From assembly GCA_963677595.1 (NCBI GenBank), contig OY782041.1, positions 2,016,001 through 2,080,000 of the forward strand: DNA of 64,000 nucleotides, read 5' to 3'. Origin of the DNA: Spirochaetia bacterium. Lineage in GTDB: Bacteria > Spirochaetota > Spirochaetia > CAKZLE01. The notes under the pieces are model-generated. The model did not search any database and was not told where the DNA came from. It worked only from the letters and a program-made list of their open reading frames with translations. Made by a program: the position numbers and the translations under genes. Positions 19,096 through 28,739 of this stretch are shown here, in pieces (positions within the stretch are counted from its first letter, which is position 1; each line of letters opens with the position of its first letter).

Positions 19096-20586
19096 ATGGA
19101 CGATGCATTCAGGGTCATTCACCCCAAGGACAATGTCGGGGTAGCAGGACGAGCCTTGAAACAGGGCGAGACGATCCAGGTTGGTGGAGCGAAAGTAACC
19201 CTGCTCTCTGATGTGCCCATCCGGCATAAGTTCGCACTACACGCCCTTACAGCAGGGGAGCAGGTCATCAAATACGGGGAAGTTATCGGCAGGGTGAGGC
19301 AGGCTGTCGAAACCGGGGCTTATCTTCATACGGATGAGATCGAGACGACCCTCTCCGGGATCATCGACTACACATACCATCCGGTACCAAAGCGAAAGCT
19401 GCGGGTGCCGGAGAGCAGGACGTTCATGGGGTATCGTCGTGAGGATGGGTCCGTTGGGACACGGAACGAGATCTGGATCGTGAATACCGTAGGGTGTGTG
19501 AACACGACTGCCAGGAACCTCGCACGGGCTGCGACTGAAGAGTTCGGGCATCTGGTGGACGGGGTGTATGCGTTCCCCCATGTCTATGGCTGTTCCCAGC
19601 TTGGTGAGGACCTCCTGTCATCACAGCGGATCCTGGCCGGTATGGTGAAACACCCGAATGCAGCAGGGGTCCTGGTGCTGAGCCTTGGGTGTGAACGGAA
19701 CAATATACCAGAATTCAGGAAGGTCCTGGGGCCGGTGGATGAGACCCGGGTGAAATTCCTGGTCACGCAGGAATCAGAAGATGAGATGGAGGATGGGCTT
19801 GCCCTTATCGGCGAACTGGCAGGGTGTGCTTCCTCTTGTGAGAGGACTGAAGTACCAGTCTCTGAGCTCAAGGTCGGGTTGAAGTGTGGTGCATCGGATG
19901 GATTCTCCGGGGTGACGGCAAACCCCCTGACCGGGGCGGTGTCAGACCTCATAACGAGTGCGGGCGGGATAACCATCCTTACCGAGATCTCCGAGATGTT
20001 CGGGGCGGAGCAGGTCCTGATGAATCGCAGCAGGGATCGTGACGTGTTCGACAAGATGGTCTCGATGATCAATGATTTCAAGATGCATTACCTGAAGTAC
20101 GGCCAGCGGATCGACGAGAACCCGTCACCAGGCAACCTGGCAGGGGGGATCTCTACCTGCGAGGAGAAGTCGGTCGGCTGTATACAGAAAGGCGGAAGGG
20201 GGCCGGTAGCGGATGTACTTCGTTACGGGGAGCAGGCGAGTGTCCCGGGATTGAACATCCTTTCGGGACCGGGTGATGACATGATCGCGATCACGGCCCT
20301 GATGGCAGCCGGCTGTCAGGTGATCCTCTTCACTACCGGGAACGGGAACCCGCTTGGGGCCCCGGTCCCGACGATCAAGATATCAAGTAATACCTCGTTG
20401 TTCCAGAGAAAGGGGAACTGGATCGATTTTGATGCAGGCGTGCTCCTCTCAGGTGCATCCATGGAGACGGAGGCAGATAGCCTCTATGCCCTGGTACTCT
20501 CCGTTGCTTCAGGTGAGGTCCTGACCTTGAACGAGATCAACGGGTACCGGGATATCGCGATGGTGAAGGATGGAGTGACTACGTAG
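19096..20586 (+). CDS. uxaA: Altronate dehydratase (UxaA/GarD family)
   Basis: N-terminal SAF domain (HPKDNV, HKFAL, IKYG), GTRN, HVYGCSQ, LGCE, KCGASD, ENPSPGN, FTTG. Confidence 0.9.
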   Translation: MDDAFRVIHPKDNVGVAGRALKQGETIQVGGAKVTLLSDVPIRHKFALHALTAGEQVIKYGEVIGRVRQAVETGAYLHTDEIETTLSGIIDYTYHPVPKRKLRVPESRTFMGYRREDGSVGTRNEIWIVNTVGCVNTTARNLARAATEEFGHLVDGVYAFPHVYGCSQLGEDLLSSQRILAGMVKHPNAAGVLVLSLGCERNNIPEFRKVLGPVDETRVKFLVTQESEDEMEDGLALIGELAGCASSCERTEVPVSELKVGLKCGASDGFSGVTANPLTGAVSDLITSAGGITILTEISEMFGAEQVLMNRSRDRDVFDKMVSMINDFKMHYLKYGQRIDENPSPGNLAGGISTCEEKSVGCIQKGGRGPVADVLRYGEQASVPGLNILSGPGDDMIAITALMAAGCQVILFTTGNGNPLGAPVPTIKISSNTSLFQRKGNWIDFDAGVLLSGASMETEADSLYALVLSVASGEVLTLNEINGYRDIAMVKDGVTT

Positions 20587-20619
20587 CGGGGAGGCCGAAG
20601 GAAAGTTATCGCATGCTAG

Positions 20620-20657
20620 TTGACAACTGGTATCATGTAGCATAGTTTGGTATCATG
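20620..20657 (+). promoter_or_regulatory. Promoter of the second FadR-type gene
   Basis: TTGACA-17-TAGTTT, with direct repeat TGGTATCATG at 20628 and 20648. Confidence 0.5.
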
Positions 20658-20674
20658 CTAGGTGAGAGGTAGCG

Positions 20675-21376
20675 ATGAAAGCCGTAGAACGAAGGTCGAT
20701 AATCGACCAGGTACTGGAACAGATGAAGAAGATGATCGCCTCGGAAGAGTATGAAGCAGGGATGAAGCTTCCTCCCGAGGTCGAGATGTGCAGGATCCTG
20801 GGAGTGAGCAGGTCTACGGTGAGGGAAGCCTTTAGGATGCTTCAGGCGATGGATTACGTGGAGATCAAGCAGGGACGTGGTGCGTTCGTGAAGAACAAGC
20901 AGCCGAACAGTCCTGAGACGATCAAGGAGTGGTTCGGGGAGAATGCACCGAAACTCAACGATTTCATGGATGTCCGTCTTGCCCTGGAAACCCTTGCCCT
21001 GAAGATAGCCGTGAAGCAGGCGACAGAAGAAGAGATCAGTAAATTGAAGGAGATCGAAGAGAGTTTCGAACAGGCTGTCAAGGACGGTGATGTCCCTTTC
21101 ATGGCGCAGTATGATGAGGACTTTCATAGTGAGCTCGTGGCGATGACACACAACGCGCTCATGATCAATATCTACCAGCTGGTAGTGCGGGAGTTCAAGA
21201 AGTACCGGAACAAGGCTTTTGCGATCCAGAAGAATGCTTCCCATGCAGTTGGGCCCCATAAGCACATATACGGGGCTATCAGGGACCGGGACGAGAAACT
21301 CGGGGTGATGTACATCGAGGACCACCTGAAGATATCGAAGAGGGATATGGAACTGGCTGCCCGGGAAGACCAGTAA
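20675..21376 (+). CDS. GntR family, FadR subfamily regulator; close paralog of 10204..10908
   Basis: Identical HTH/wing region; diverged FCD domain. Confidence 0.93.
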   Translation: MKAVERRSIIDQVLEQMKKMIASEEYEAGMKLPPEVEMCRILGVSRSTVREAFRMLQAMDYVEIKQGRGAFVKNKQPNSPETIKEWFGENAPKLNDFMDVRLALETLALKIAVKQATEEEISKLKEIEESFEQAVKDGDVPFMAQYDEDFHSELVAMTHNALMINIYQLVVREFKKYRNKAFAIQKNASHAVGPHKHIYGAIRDRDEKLGVMYIEDHLKISKRDMELAAREDQ

Positions 21377-21529
21377 CCCTCCTGCAGCTTGACCATACGT
21401 TTGAATATCCCATCTCACGCCTGAGCATGAATCCCATATATCTTCATATCCTCTAATAATCTGTCGGGCATGGATTCTGTCAGGATAGCATCATCGAGAA
21501 AAAGATAAAAATTTATTTAAAAAAAACAT

Positions 21530-21578
21530 TTGACAAATCAGGAAATCAGTACGACAATTGAAAGGTACTACAATTGAA
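21530..21578 (+). promoter_or_regulatory. Promoter with tandem operator candidates
   Basis: TTGACA-17-GACAAT; GTACGACAATTGAA (21549) and GTACTACAATTGAA (21565). Confidence 0.55.
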
Positions 21579-21607
21579 CATTAGAACAAGAGGCGTAAGA
21601 GAATACG

Positions 21608-22303
21608 ATGTCTTTTCAGAAGCTGAGATTTGAGAAAGTGACTCTACGGGATACGATTGCTGAGAAGCTCGAAGAAATGATCCTGAATGAAGAACTCAAG
21701 GTAGGAAGCAAGATCCCCTCTGAGCTGGAACTCGCTGAATCGTTCGGGGTGAGCAGGAATATCCTCCGGGAAGCCCTGAATATCCTGAAGGAGCGTGGGA
21801 TCATCTCCGGGAAAGCCGGTGACGGGACCTATGTCGTACGGCCCGAACCGGTGATCCTGACGCGCATGGTAGGGCGTCTCGTCCAGCTGAGCGATCTGAG
21901 TTATGAGAACATCTTCGATCTCAGGTTGTCGCTCGAAGTCCTCTCTGCAGGGCTTGCGGCAGTACATGCGACTGAAGAGGATCTGATGATCCTTGATGAG
22001 ATCATCACCGATATGAAGAGAAGCATGCTGGACAGCTCGAAGTATTCAGAGGTGGTGTTCCACTTCCACCTCGCAGTTGCAGCAGCATCGAAGAATCCGC
22101 TTATCCCGTCGATCATGGAACCGCTGCAGACTGCCCTGCTTGAGATATTCACCGGAGGGTATATCGAGGAGCGGGGGAGTAAGGCTGAGTTGGTTGACGA
22201 GCATGAGAGGATCCTTGTCCTCATTCGCAATAAAGACCGGGATGGTGTGGAACGGCTTATGAAGGAGCATATCCTTAATTCAAAGAGGAAGGTTATCAAG
22301 TAG
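21608..22303 (+). CDS. GntR family, FadR subfamily regulator
   Basis: IPSELELAESFGVSRNILREAL HTH; FH..N..H FCD residues. Confidence 0.92.
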   Translation: MSFQKLRFEKVTLRDTIAEKLEEMILNEELKVGSKIPSELELAESFGVSRNILREALNILKERGIISGKAGDGTYVVRPEPVILTRMVGRLVQLSDLSYENIFDLRLSLEVLSAGLAAVHATEEDLMILDEIITDMKRSMLDSSKYSEVVFHFHLAVAAASKNPLIPSIMEPLQTALLEIFTGGYIEERGSKAELVDEHERILVLIRNKDRDGVERLMKEHILNSKRKVIK

Positions 22304-22767
22304 GAAATCAACTTTGCGTAGCAGAACGGTATATTCAGGAGGGGATGCATGAAAAGAGGTCTGGCTTCTTTTTACTGGTTGTAGTCCGTAAGGCCCTGTA
22401 CGTAAGGATAGCGATATAAAGGTGTAGTGTATAACGATTTCATTAAAAATGACTGAGGTCAAAAAATATACTAAATTATGTAGATATGATGAGTTTGTAC
22501 CTAGGATCCAGGTTGTAAGGAATGGCAGCTGTGTACGATCCTGGTCTTAAGAAGAGTTCCAGTCGGTGAGGATTCGGCAGTGGTAAGAGGTTTAACAGGA
22601 GTATTTGCTGGAATGCTTGATGGTGGTTGATGATAATTGCTAATAATATAACTAGATATATAATTCGTTCAGCTATTCGGCTGATAGGTCGGGTGTTGTA
22701 TGTGGCTTTGTGACAATCTGTGCATATAGGGTATGCAGATTGACAGGTGTAAAACAAAAAAAATATG

Positions 22768-22861
22768 TTGACAGATGGGAATATGTGCTTTAGTCTGTTA
22801 TCAGACAATTGATACAGCGCAGCTAGCTGGGCATGTCCTGGTTCTGCGTCTGATACCAGAC
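22768..22861 (+). promoter_or_regulatory. Promoter with two FadR-type operators
   Basis: TTGACA-17-TAGTCT; GTCTG-N4-CAGAC at 22793 and 22848. Confidence 0.7.
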
Positions 22862-23835
22862 AAATCTGTCGTGTAGCGGCAGGTAACCCCCAATAACATC
22901 AATCATAAGGAGATATGAGATGTTCAATAAAGACACATACGGCAAGATCTTAGTCCCGGTAGTGACCCCCTTCAAAGAGAACGGGGACGTGGACTATGAA
23001 GGGATGGTGCAGATCGGCGAGAAGCTGCTTGAGAAGGGCTGGGCCGATTCATTCATCCTGACAGGGACCACCGGCGAGTTCCACACGATGACGAGCGAAG
23101 AGCGGATCAAGATCTTCCAGACGATGTATGACGCATTCAAGGGACGGATCCCTATCATCGCAGGGACCGGAGCCCCCTCGACACGAGAGACGATCAAGCT
23201 GACGAAGGCAGCCGAGGAGATCGGGTACGAGACGGTGATGGTGGTAGCCCCCTACTACACAAGGCCGTCACAGGCAGAGATCAAGAACCACTACCAGCTC
23301 GTAGCGCGCGCAGTGAAGGTCGATATCCTGATCTACAACATCCCGATCTTCACAGGGGTGAACACCTCACCTGAGATCGTGGCCGAGCTGGCGAAAGAGC
23401 CGAACATCGTGGGTCTGAAGGAAGAGGCTGAGCTGAATGCGAAGCAGATGACCGAGTTTATCAACGTGACACCGGATGATTTCATCATCTACAACGGAGA
23501 TGACACGATGGTGCTGGAGTCCTTCGTACAGGGATACGAGCGGATCGGCGGCGTGATCAGCGGCGGGGCGCACCTGGTAGGTGACCAGATCCGTGAGATG
23601 ATCGACTGCCTGCATGAGGGGAAGGTGCAGGAAGCATCAGTGATCCAGCGACGGCTGCTGCCGTTGTACCGGATCATGGGACAGGGCGGGAGGACGAACC
23701 CGGTCTGTCTGATCAAGGATGCGATGAGGATGGTAGGCTATCCTGCAGGCTACCCGAGACTGCCGATGCTCCCCGGGACTGAGGAAGAGGTGAAGAACGT
23801 ACGTGAGCTGATGATCAAGGTCGGCGCACTGAAGG
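22848..23835 (+). repeat. ~988-bp direct repeat, copy 2
   Basis: Near-identical to 10926..11913. Confidence 0.92.
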
Positions 23836-23840
23836 AGTAG
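22920..23840 (+). CDS. DHDPS/NAL family aldolase/lyase (copy 2)
   Basis: Protein identical to 10998..11918 except the last residue (E vs A). Confidence 0.92.
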   Translation: MFNKDTYGKILVPVVTPFKENGDVDYEGMVQIGEKLLEKGWADSFILTGTTGEFHTMTSEERIKIFQTMYDAFKGRIPIIAGTGAPSTRETIKLTKAAEEIGYETVMVVAPYYTRPSQAEIKNHYQLVARAVKVDILIYNIPIFTGVNTSPEIVAELAKEPNIVGLKEEAELNAKQMTEFINVTPDDFIIYNGDDTMVLESFVQGYERIGGVISGGAHLVGDQIREMIDCLHEGKVQEASVIQRRLLPLYRIMGQGGRTNPVCLIKDAMRMVGYPAGYPRLPMLPGTEEEVKNVRELMIKVGALKE

Positions 23841-23844
23841 TGGA

Positions 23845-24825
23845 ATGGGACTGAAACCACAGGAGATGATCAAGAAGCTCAAAGGGCCTCTCACGATATT
23901 CCCGACCCATTTCAAGGATAACGGGGATCTCGACCTCGATGCGATGCGTGTCTCTGCGGAGTATGCGAAGGAAGTCTATAAAGGGCATGACGGCTGTATG
24001 ATGATAGCCGGCAGTACCAGTGAGTTCTATGCGATGACCGATGAGGAGTCGTTGGCTATGATCAAGACGGTCGCTGACGTGCTGGGAGGATCCGTCCCCC
24101 TGATCGTTGGTACCGGCCGAGCCGCTACACGATTGTCGATAGACATGAGCGTGAAAGCCCAGGACCTGGGCATCGACATGGCGATGATCACCAACCCCTA
24201 CTACATGCATGTGACCGAGGATGGGCTCTACCGCCACTTCTCGCAGATAGCTGAGAAGCTCGATATCGGGGTGATGATCTATGACAACCCGACGACGAGC
24301 AAGATCGCTATCCCCCCGCACCTGATGCAGCGGCTCTCGAAGGTGCCGAACATCATCGGGGTGAAGGAGAATACCACCAGTATCGAGAACTACTACTGGA
24401 TGACGAAGGTCGTGGATCCTGCTGATATGGTCATCACCTGCGGGATCGGTCACCTGACCTATATGTTCGAGGCTCCGCTGGGAGTCCCGGCATTCGTCTC
24501 GGAACTCGTCTGCTTCGCACCGAAGATCGCGTTCGCGATCTACGATGCGGCAGTAGCGAAAGATTACGCGGAAATGAGGCGACAGCTTGACCTGCTGGTA
24601 CCGTACCATCGGTTCGTAGCAGGCTGTGTCGCGAGAAGGAGTATCCCCACTATCCTCGGACAGGAATGGGGAGGAAAGGCCACCTCCGTCTACCAGTCGA
24701 TCCTCAAGAAGGCGATGGAACTGGTAGGACTTCCTGGTGGCATCGTAAGAGAACCGTTAGAGAATATTACCGATGCGGAAGTTGCAGAGCTAAAGAGTGT
24801 CCTGCACTCCATCGGGATAATTTAA
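23845..24825 (+). CDS. DHDPS/NAL family aldolase/lyase
   Basis: GSTSE, IYDNP, GVKEN. Confidence 0.88.
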   Translation: MGLKPQEMIKKLKGPLTIFPTHFKDNGDLDLDAMRVSAEYAKEVYKGHDGCMMIAGSTSEFYAMTDEESLAMIKTVADVLGGSVPLIVGTGRAATRLSIDMSVKAQDLGIDMAMITNPYYMHVTEDGLYRHFSQIAEKLDIGVMIYDNPTTSKIAIPPHLMQRLSKVPNIIGVKENTTSIENYYWMTKVVDPADMVITCGIGHLTYMFEAPLGVPAFVSELVCFAPKIAFAIYDAAVAKDYAEMRRQLDLLVPYHRFVAGCVARRSIPTILGQEWGGKATSVYQSILKKAMELVGLPGGIVREPLENITDAEVAELKSVLHSIGII

Positions 24826-24837
24826 TTAAGGAGAAGG

Positions 24838-25809
24838 ATGATGAAAAGACTTTTCGTTCTGTTGATGGTGCTTGCTATGGCAGCTCCAATGGTGTTCGCT
24901 CAGGGTGCTGCTGAGGCAGCTGATGAGTTTCCTACGGAACCGATCAAGCTGATCGTTCCCTGGTCAGCCGGCGGTGGTACTGATGCTATTGCCCGTGCAT
25001 TGGCAAAATCAGGTGAGAAGCACCTTGGTGTACCTGTCGTTGTAGAGAACAAGCCTGGTGGAACCGGTGCTGTAGGCCTTGGAGAGACGGTGAAGGCAAA
25101 ACCAGATGGGTATACCCTTGCTGTACTGCCTGTTGAGCTGAGCTTCCTGAAGGATTCCGGGATCTACCCGTTCGACTTCACGAACTTCACACGGATCATG
25201 AACCTCAACACAGACCCCTCTGCCCTGACTGTGAAGGCAGATGCTCCCTGGAACACCCTGGCTGAGTTCGTCGCTTATGCTGAAGCTAATCCTGGTGCGA
25301 TCAAGATCGGTCACTCAGGAACCGGTATGCTGTGGCACCTCGCAGCTGCATCCCTCGCGCTTGAGACTGGGACTGAGTACACCTATGTTCCGTTCAACGG
25401 AGCTGCAGACGCTATCGCAAGTGTCCTTGGTGACAACATCGATGCAGTCACAGTAAGTGGTGCTGAGGTATCAGCCCAGGTACGTGCCGGCGAGATGAAG
25501 ATCCTTGCAGTATTCGGTGACAGCCGAATGGAAATCTTCCCGGATGTCAAGACTGCTAAAGAGCAGGGATTTGATGTCGTCGTCAACACCTTCCGGGGAC
25601 TCGGTGGTCCTGCAGGCATCCCTGAAGATCGAGTGAAGATCCTCCATGAAGGGTTCAAGGCGATGATGGAAGAACCTGAGTTCATCAAGGTCATCAGCAA
25701 CATGGGTCTCGGTATCGATTACCGAAGCACTGATGATTACTATGCACTGACTGATGATACTGCTGCCAGGTTGGCTCCAGTACTTGAAAGTCTCTTGGAA
25801 ATCCAGTAA
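24838..25809 (+). CDS. tctC: Tripartite tricarboxylate transporter substrate-binding protein
   Basis: PWSAGGGTD, VENKPGGTG, KPDGYTL; signal peptide ending FAQG. Confidence 0.93.
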   Translation: MMKRLFVLLMVLAMAAPMVFAQGAAEAADEFPTEPIKLIVPWSAGGGTDAIARALAKSGEKHLGVPVVVENKPGGTGAVGLGETVKAKPDGYTLAVLPVELSFLKDSGIYPFDFTNFTRIMNLNTDPSALTVKADAPWNTLAEFVAYAEANPGAIKIGHSGTGMLWHLAAASLALETGTEYTYVPFNGAADAIASVLGDNIDAVTVSGAEVSAQVRAGEMKILAVFGDSRMEIFPDVKTAKEQGFDVVVNTFRGLGGPAGIPEDRVKILHEGFKAMMEEPEFIKVISNMGLGIDYRSTDDYYALTDDTAARLAPVLESLLEIQ

Positions 25810-25875
25810 GCGTGTTCAGATAGGGTTTTGCTCCGGCTGTATGCCGGGGCAAAGTCCTATAATAAGGATTGATAC

Positions 25876-26382
25876 ATGAAGTATACACGAAAAGTTGCCT
25901 TGGAGATCGGAATCAATATCCTGTTCATCATGATCGCTGTCGGGATGTTCGCTGTCTCAGGCAATTATAAATTTGTCCGGGGGACCCTCATCGGGGCGAG
26001 GACCTTCCCGATCCTGATCGGGGGGATCATGTCTGTATTTGCCCTCGTCAATATCACGGTCGCATTGAGACGGGAAGCTCCCCAGGACGAGGAGCTGGAT
26101 GTTGAGGAAGATATCGACGAGTCTTCAACAGGCAGGTTCAATGAGTGGCTGCGGAAGTACCGAGTGGGTGCAGCCATCGGCCTGATGGTGATCTATTATC
26201 TGCTGCTGCTGTCTGTCGGCTTCATCGTCGCGACCCTGATCTTCCTGCCAGCAATGCTGTATATCGTTGAGTACAGGAAATGGACGCATGTTGCCCTCGT
26301 GACGGTCATCGGTGTCGCATTTCTCTATGTCGCATTCAAGATCCTGCTTGGAGTACCGCTCCCACAGTCACCGCTATTCTAA
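25876..26382 (+). CDS. tctB: Tripartite tricarboxylate transporter TctB subunit
   Basis: GARTFP, GFIVAT, F..LLGVPLP; lies between tctC and tctA. Confidence 0.88.
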   Translation: MKYTRKVALEIGINILFIMIAVGMFAVSGNYKFVRGTLIGARTFPILIGGIMSVFALVNITVALRREAPQDEELDVEEDIDESSTGRFNEWLRKYRVGAAIGLMVIYYLLLLSVGFIVATLIFLPAMLYIVEYRKWTHVALVTVIGVAFLYVAFKILLGVPLPQSPLF

Positions 26383-26396
26383 GGAGAATCAGCACA

Positions 26397-27881
26397 ATGT
26401 TAAATTACCTGTTTGATGGATTCGGTTTTCTATTCACGACGATGGCAGCTCCCGCACTCATGGCTGGAGTGGTACTTGGGATCATCCTCGGAGTCCTCCC
26501 TGGTCTCACTGCAACGATGGGAATTGCGCTTCTCATCCCATTGACCTACTACGTTTCGCCAAGTATTGGATTATCGATGCTCATCGGTATCTTCGCCGGG
26601 GGGATCTATGGTGGGTCAGTTTCAGCCATCCTGCTGAAGACGCCGGGGACTCCTGCCGCAGGGGCGACCCTCCTTGACGGATATCCCCTGGCACAGAGCG
26701 GCCATGCCGGCAAGGCGATCGCTATCGCCACGATCTCAAGTGCGATCGGGGGACTGATCGGGGCCCTCATCCTCTCGTTCCTTGCACCGCAGATCGCGAA
26801 GATCGCTGTGAAGTTCGGGCCACCGGAATATGTACTTCTCGGTGTCTACGGCTTGACGATGATCTCCTTCGTTTCGGGAAAATCCCTGATCCGGGGCCTG
26901 TTTGCCGGATGTATCGGCCTGCTGATCTCGACGTTCGGGATCGACCCGATCACCAGTGTCCCCCGATTCACCTTCGGGACGCTCAACCTCCTTACCGGGT
27001 TCGAGCTGCTTCCCATCCTCATCGGGATCTTCGCGATGTCCCAGGCCATAGAGGGTGTGCGTGACTCAAGGAAGATAGCACCCCCGCAAGTCAAGCTGAC
27101 CAGCGTCGGGATCTCGATCAAGGAATTCCTGCGCATTCTGCCGCATATCGTGAAGAGTGCGTTCATCGGGACCTTCGTAGGGGCAGTCCCCGGGACCGGT
27201 ACTGATATAGCAGCATTCCTCTCCTATGGTGAGGCTAAGCGGTCCTCGAAACACCCCGAAGAGTTCGGAACCGGTGCCCTTGAAGGGGTGGCGGCACCGG
27301 AAGCCGGGAATAACGCCTGTGTGAACGGGGCAATGATTCCTATGTTTACGCTCGGAATCCCAGGGGAGGCGGCGACTGCAGTCATCCTCGGGGGACTCAT
27401 GGTCCTCGGTCTCCAGCCTGGTCCGCTCCTGTTCACCGATTCACCTGATGTGATCTATACGGTGTTCGCCAGTACGATCACATCCAACCTGTTCATGATC
27501 GTTTTGGGTATCCTCGGAGCACGGTTCTTTGCCAAGGTCCTGTCGCTTCCGAAGAGTGTCATCGTCTCATTCATCTTTGTCTTCTCGGTTCTGGGAGCCT
27601 ATTCGATGAGGAACAGCATGTTCGACATCATCGTCATGATGAGTGCCGGTCTGCTGGGGTATATCTTCTCTGTTATCGATTACCCCGTACCCCCAGTGCT
27701 GCTGGGAGTGATCCTCGGGCCGCTGGTAGAGTCGAATCTTGGAAGGACGCTGCTGGTATCAGACGGGAACCTGACGATCTTCTTCAAGCGCCCGATCTCG
27801 ATATTCTTCATCCTGATCATCGTGGGCACTATCAGTTCGAATGTGTACAAACACTTTAAAGCAAAGCGGACTTCCGCCTGA
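26397..27881 (+). CDS. tctA: Tripartite tricarboxylate transporter permease
   Basis: GVLPGL, YGGS..AIL..TPGTP, PEAGNNA, TLGIPG, PGP; start after AAGGAG. Confidence 0.94.
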   Translation: MLNYLFDGFGFLFTTMAAPALMAGVVLGIILGVLPGLTATMGIALLIPLTYYVSPSIGLSMLIGIFAGGIYGGSVSAILLKTPGTPAAGATLLDGYPLAQSGHAGKAIAIATISSAIGGLIGALILSFLAPQIAKIAVKFGPPEYVLLGVYGLTMISFVSGKSLIRGLFAGCIGLLISTFGIDPITSVPRFTFGTLNLLTGFELLPILIGIFAMSQAIEGVRDSRKIAPPQVKLTSVGISIKEFLRILPHIVKSAFIGTFVGAVPGTGTDIAAFLSYGEAKRSSKHPEEFGTGALEGVAAPEAGNNACVNGAMIPMFTLGIPGEAATAVILGGLMVLGLQPGPLLFTDSPDVIYTVFASTITSNLFMIVLGILGARFFAKVLSLPKSVIVSFIFVFSVLGAYSMRNSMFDIIVMMSAGLLGYIFSVIDYPVPPVLLGVILGPLVESNLGRTLLVSDGNLTIFFKRPISIFFILIIVGTISSNVYKHFKAKRTSA

Positions 27882-27911
27882 AGGAACCGCAGACTCAAGG
27901 AGAAATAAAAG

Positions 27912-28739
27912 ATGAAAGATACGTTATTCAGTGTGGAAGGCAAAGTAGCCATCGTTACCGGGGCCCTCGGACAGCTTGGGGCACAGTTCGCGAACGAACT
28001 GCTGAGCCGGGGCGCCAAGGTCGCTGTCTTTGGGAGGACCCTGCGACAGGGGTCGATAGAAAGCCTCTACACAAAAGAGGATCGGGATGCAGGGAATGTG
28101 ACCTTCCATCAGGTCGATATCGCCGATAAAGCGAGCATTACCAAAGGTGTCTCAGAAGTGGTCTCCAATTTTGGAGTCCCCCACATCCTGGTGAACAATG
28201 CCGGGATCGATACACAGCCGAGTGCACCGCCCGAGGTGTCCGGACCCTTCGAAAAGTTCCCGGAGGAAGTATTCCGTGAGGTCGTTGATGTGAACCTTAC
28301 CGGGACATTCCTGATGATCCAGGCTGTCGGAGCCCTCATGGCTGAAGAAGGGCGAGGCTCTATCATCAACATCGGGTCGATCTACGGCATGCTCTCCCCG
28401 GTACAGGATATCTACGCGTACAAGGCAGAGAAGACCGGGGTCCCCTTCATCAAGCCAGTCGCATACTCCGCCGCGAAATCGGGTCTCTATAACCTAACAC
28501 GATACTGCGCTACCTACTGGGGAAAGAAGGGCGTTCGTGTGAACATACTCTCTCCAAGCGGGGTATTCCGTGATACGCAGGATGCTGAGTTCCAGAAGAA
28601 CTACTGTAACCGTATCCCTATCGGCAGGATGGCTAGGTCTGAGGAGTATAACGGAGCGATCATCTTCCTCGCTTCCGATGCATCGATCTATATGACCGGG
28701 GCGAACCTGGTGATGGACGGTGGTTGGACCGCATGGTAG
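27912..28739 (+). CDS. Short-chain dehydrogenase/reductase (PtmA-like subfamily)
   Basis: TGALGQLG, NNAG, SIYG, YSAAK, DGGWTAW. Confidence 0.9.
   Translation: MKDTLFSVEGKVAIVTGALGQLGAQFANELLSRGAKVAVFGRTLRQGSIESLYTKEDRDAGNVTFHQVDIADKASITKGVSEVVSNFGVPHILVNNAGIDTQPSAPPEVSGPFEKFPEEVFREVVDVNLTGTFLMIQAVGALMAEEGRGSIINIGSIYGMLSPVQDIYAYKAEKTGVPFIKPVAYSAAKSGLYNLTRYCATYWGKKGVRVNILSPSGVFRDTQDAEFQKNYCNRIPIGRMARSEEYNGAIIFLASDASIYMTGANLVMDGGWTAW

Noticed and set aside
22476-22808. 110-aa minus-strand ORF in the AT-rich intergenic gap
   Set aside because: Overlaps the promoter/operator, has atypical composition and no RBS
10926-23835. Direct repeats as a composite transposon or IS pair
   Set aside because: The repeat encodes an aldolase; no transposase, terminal inverted repeats or target-site duplication seen
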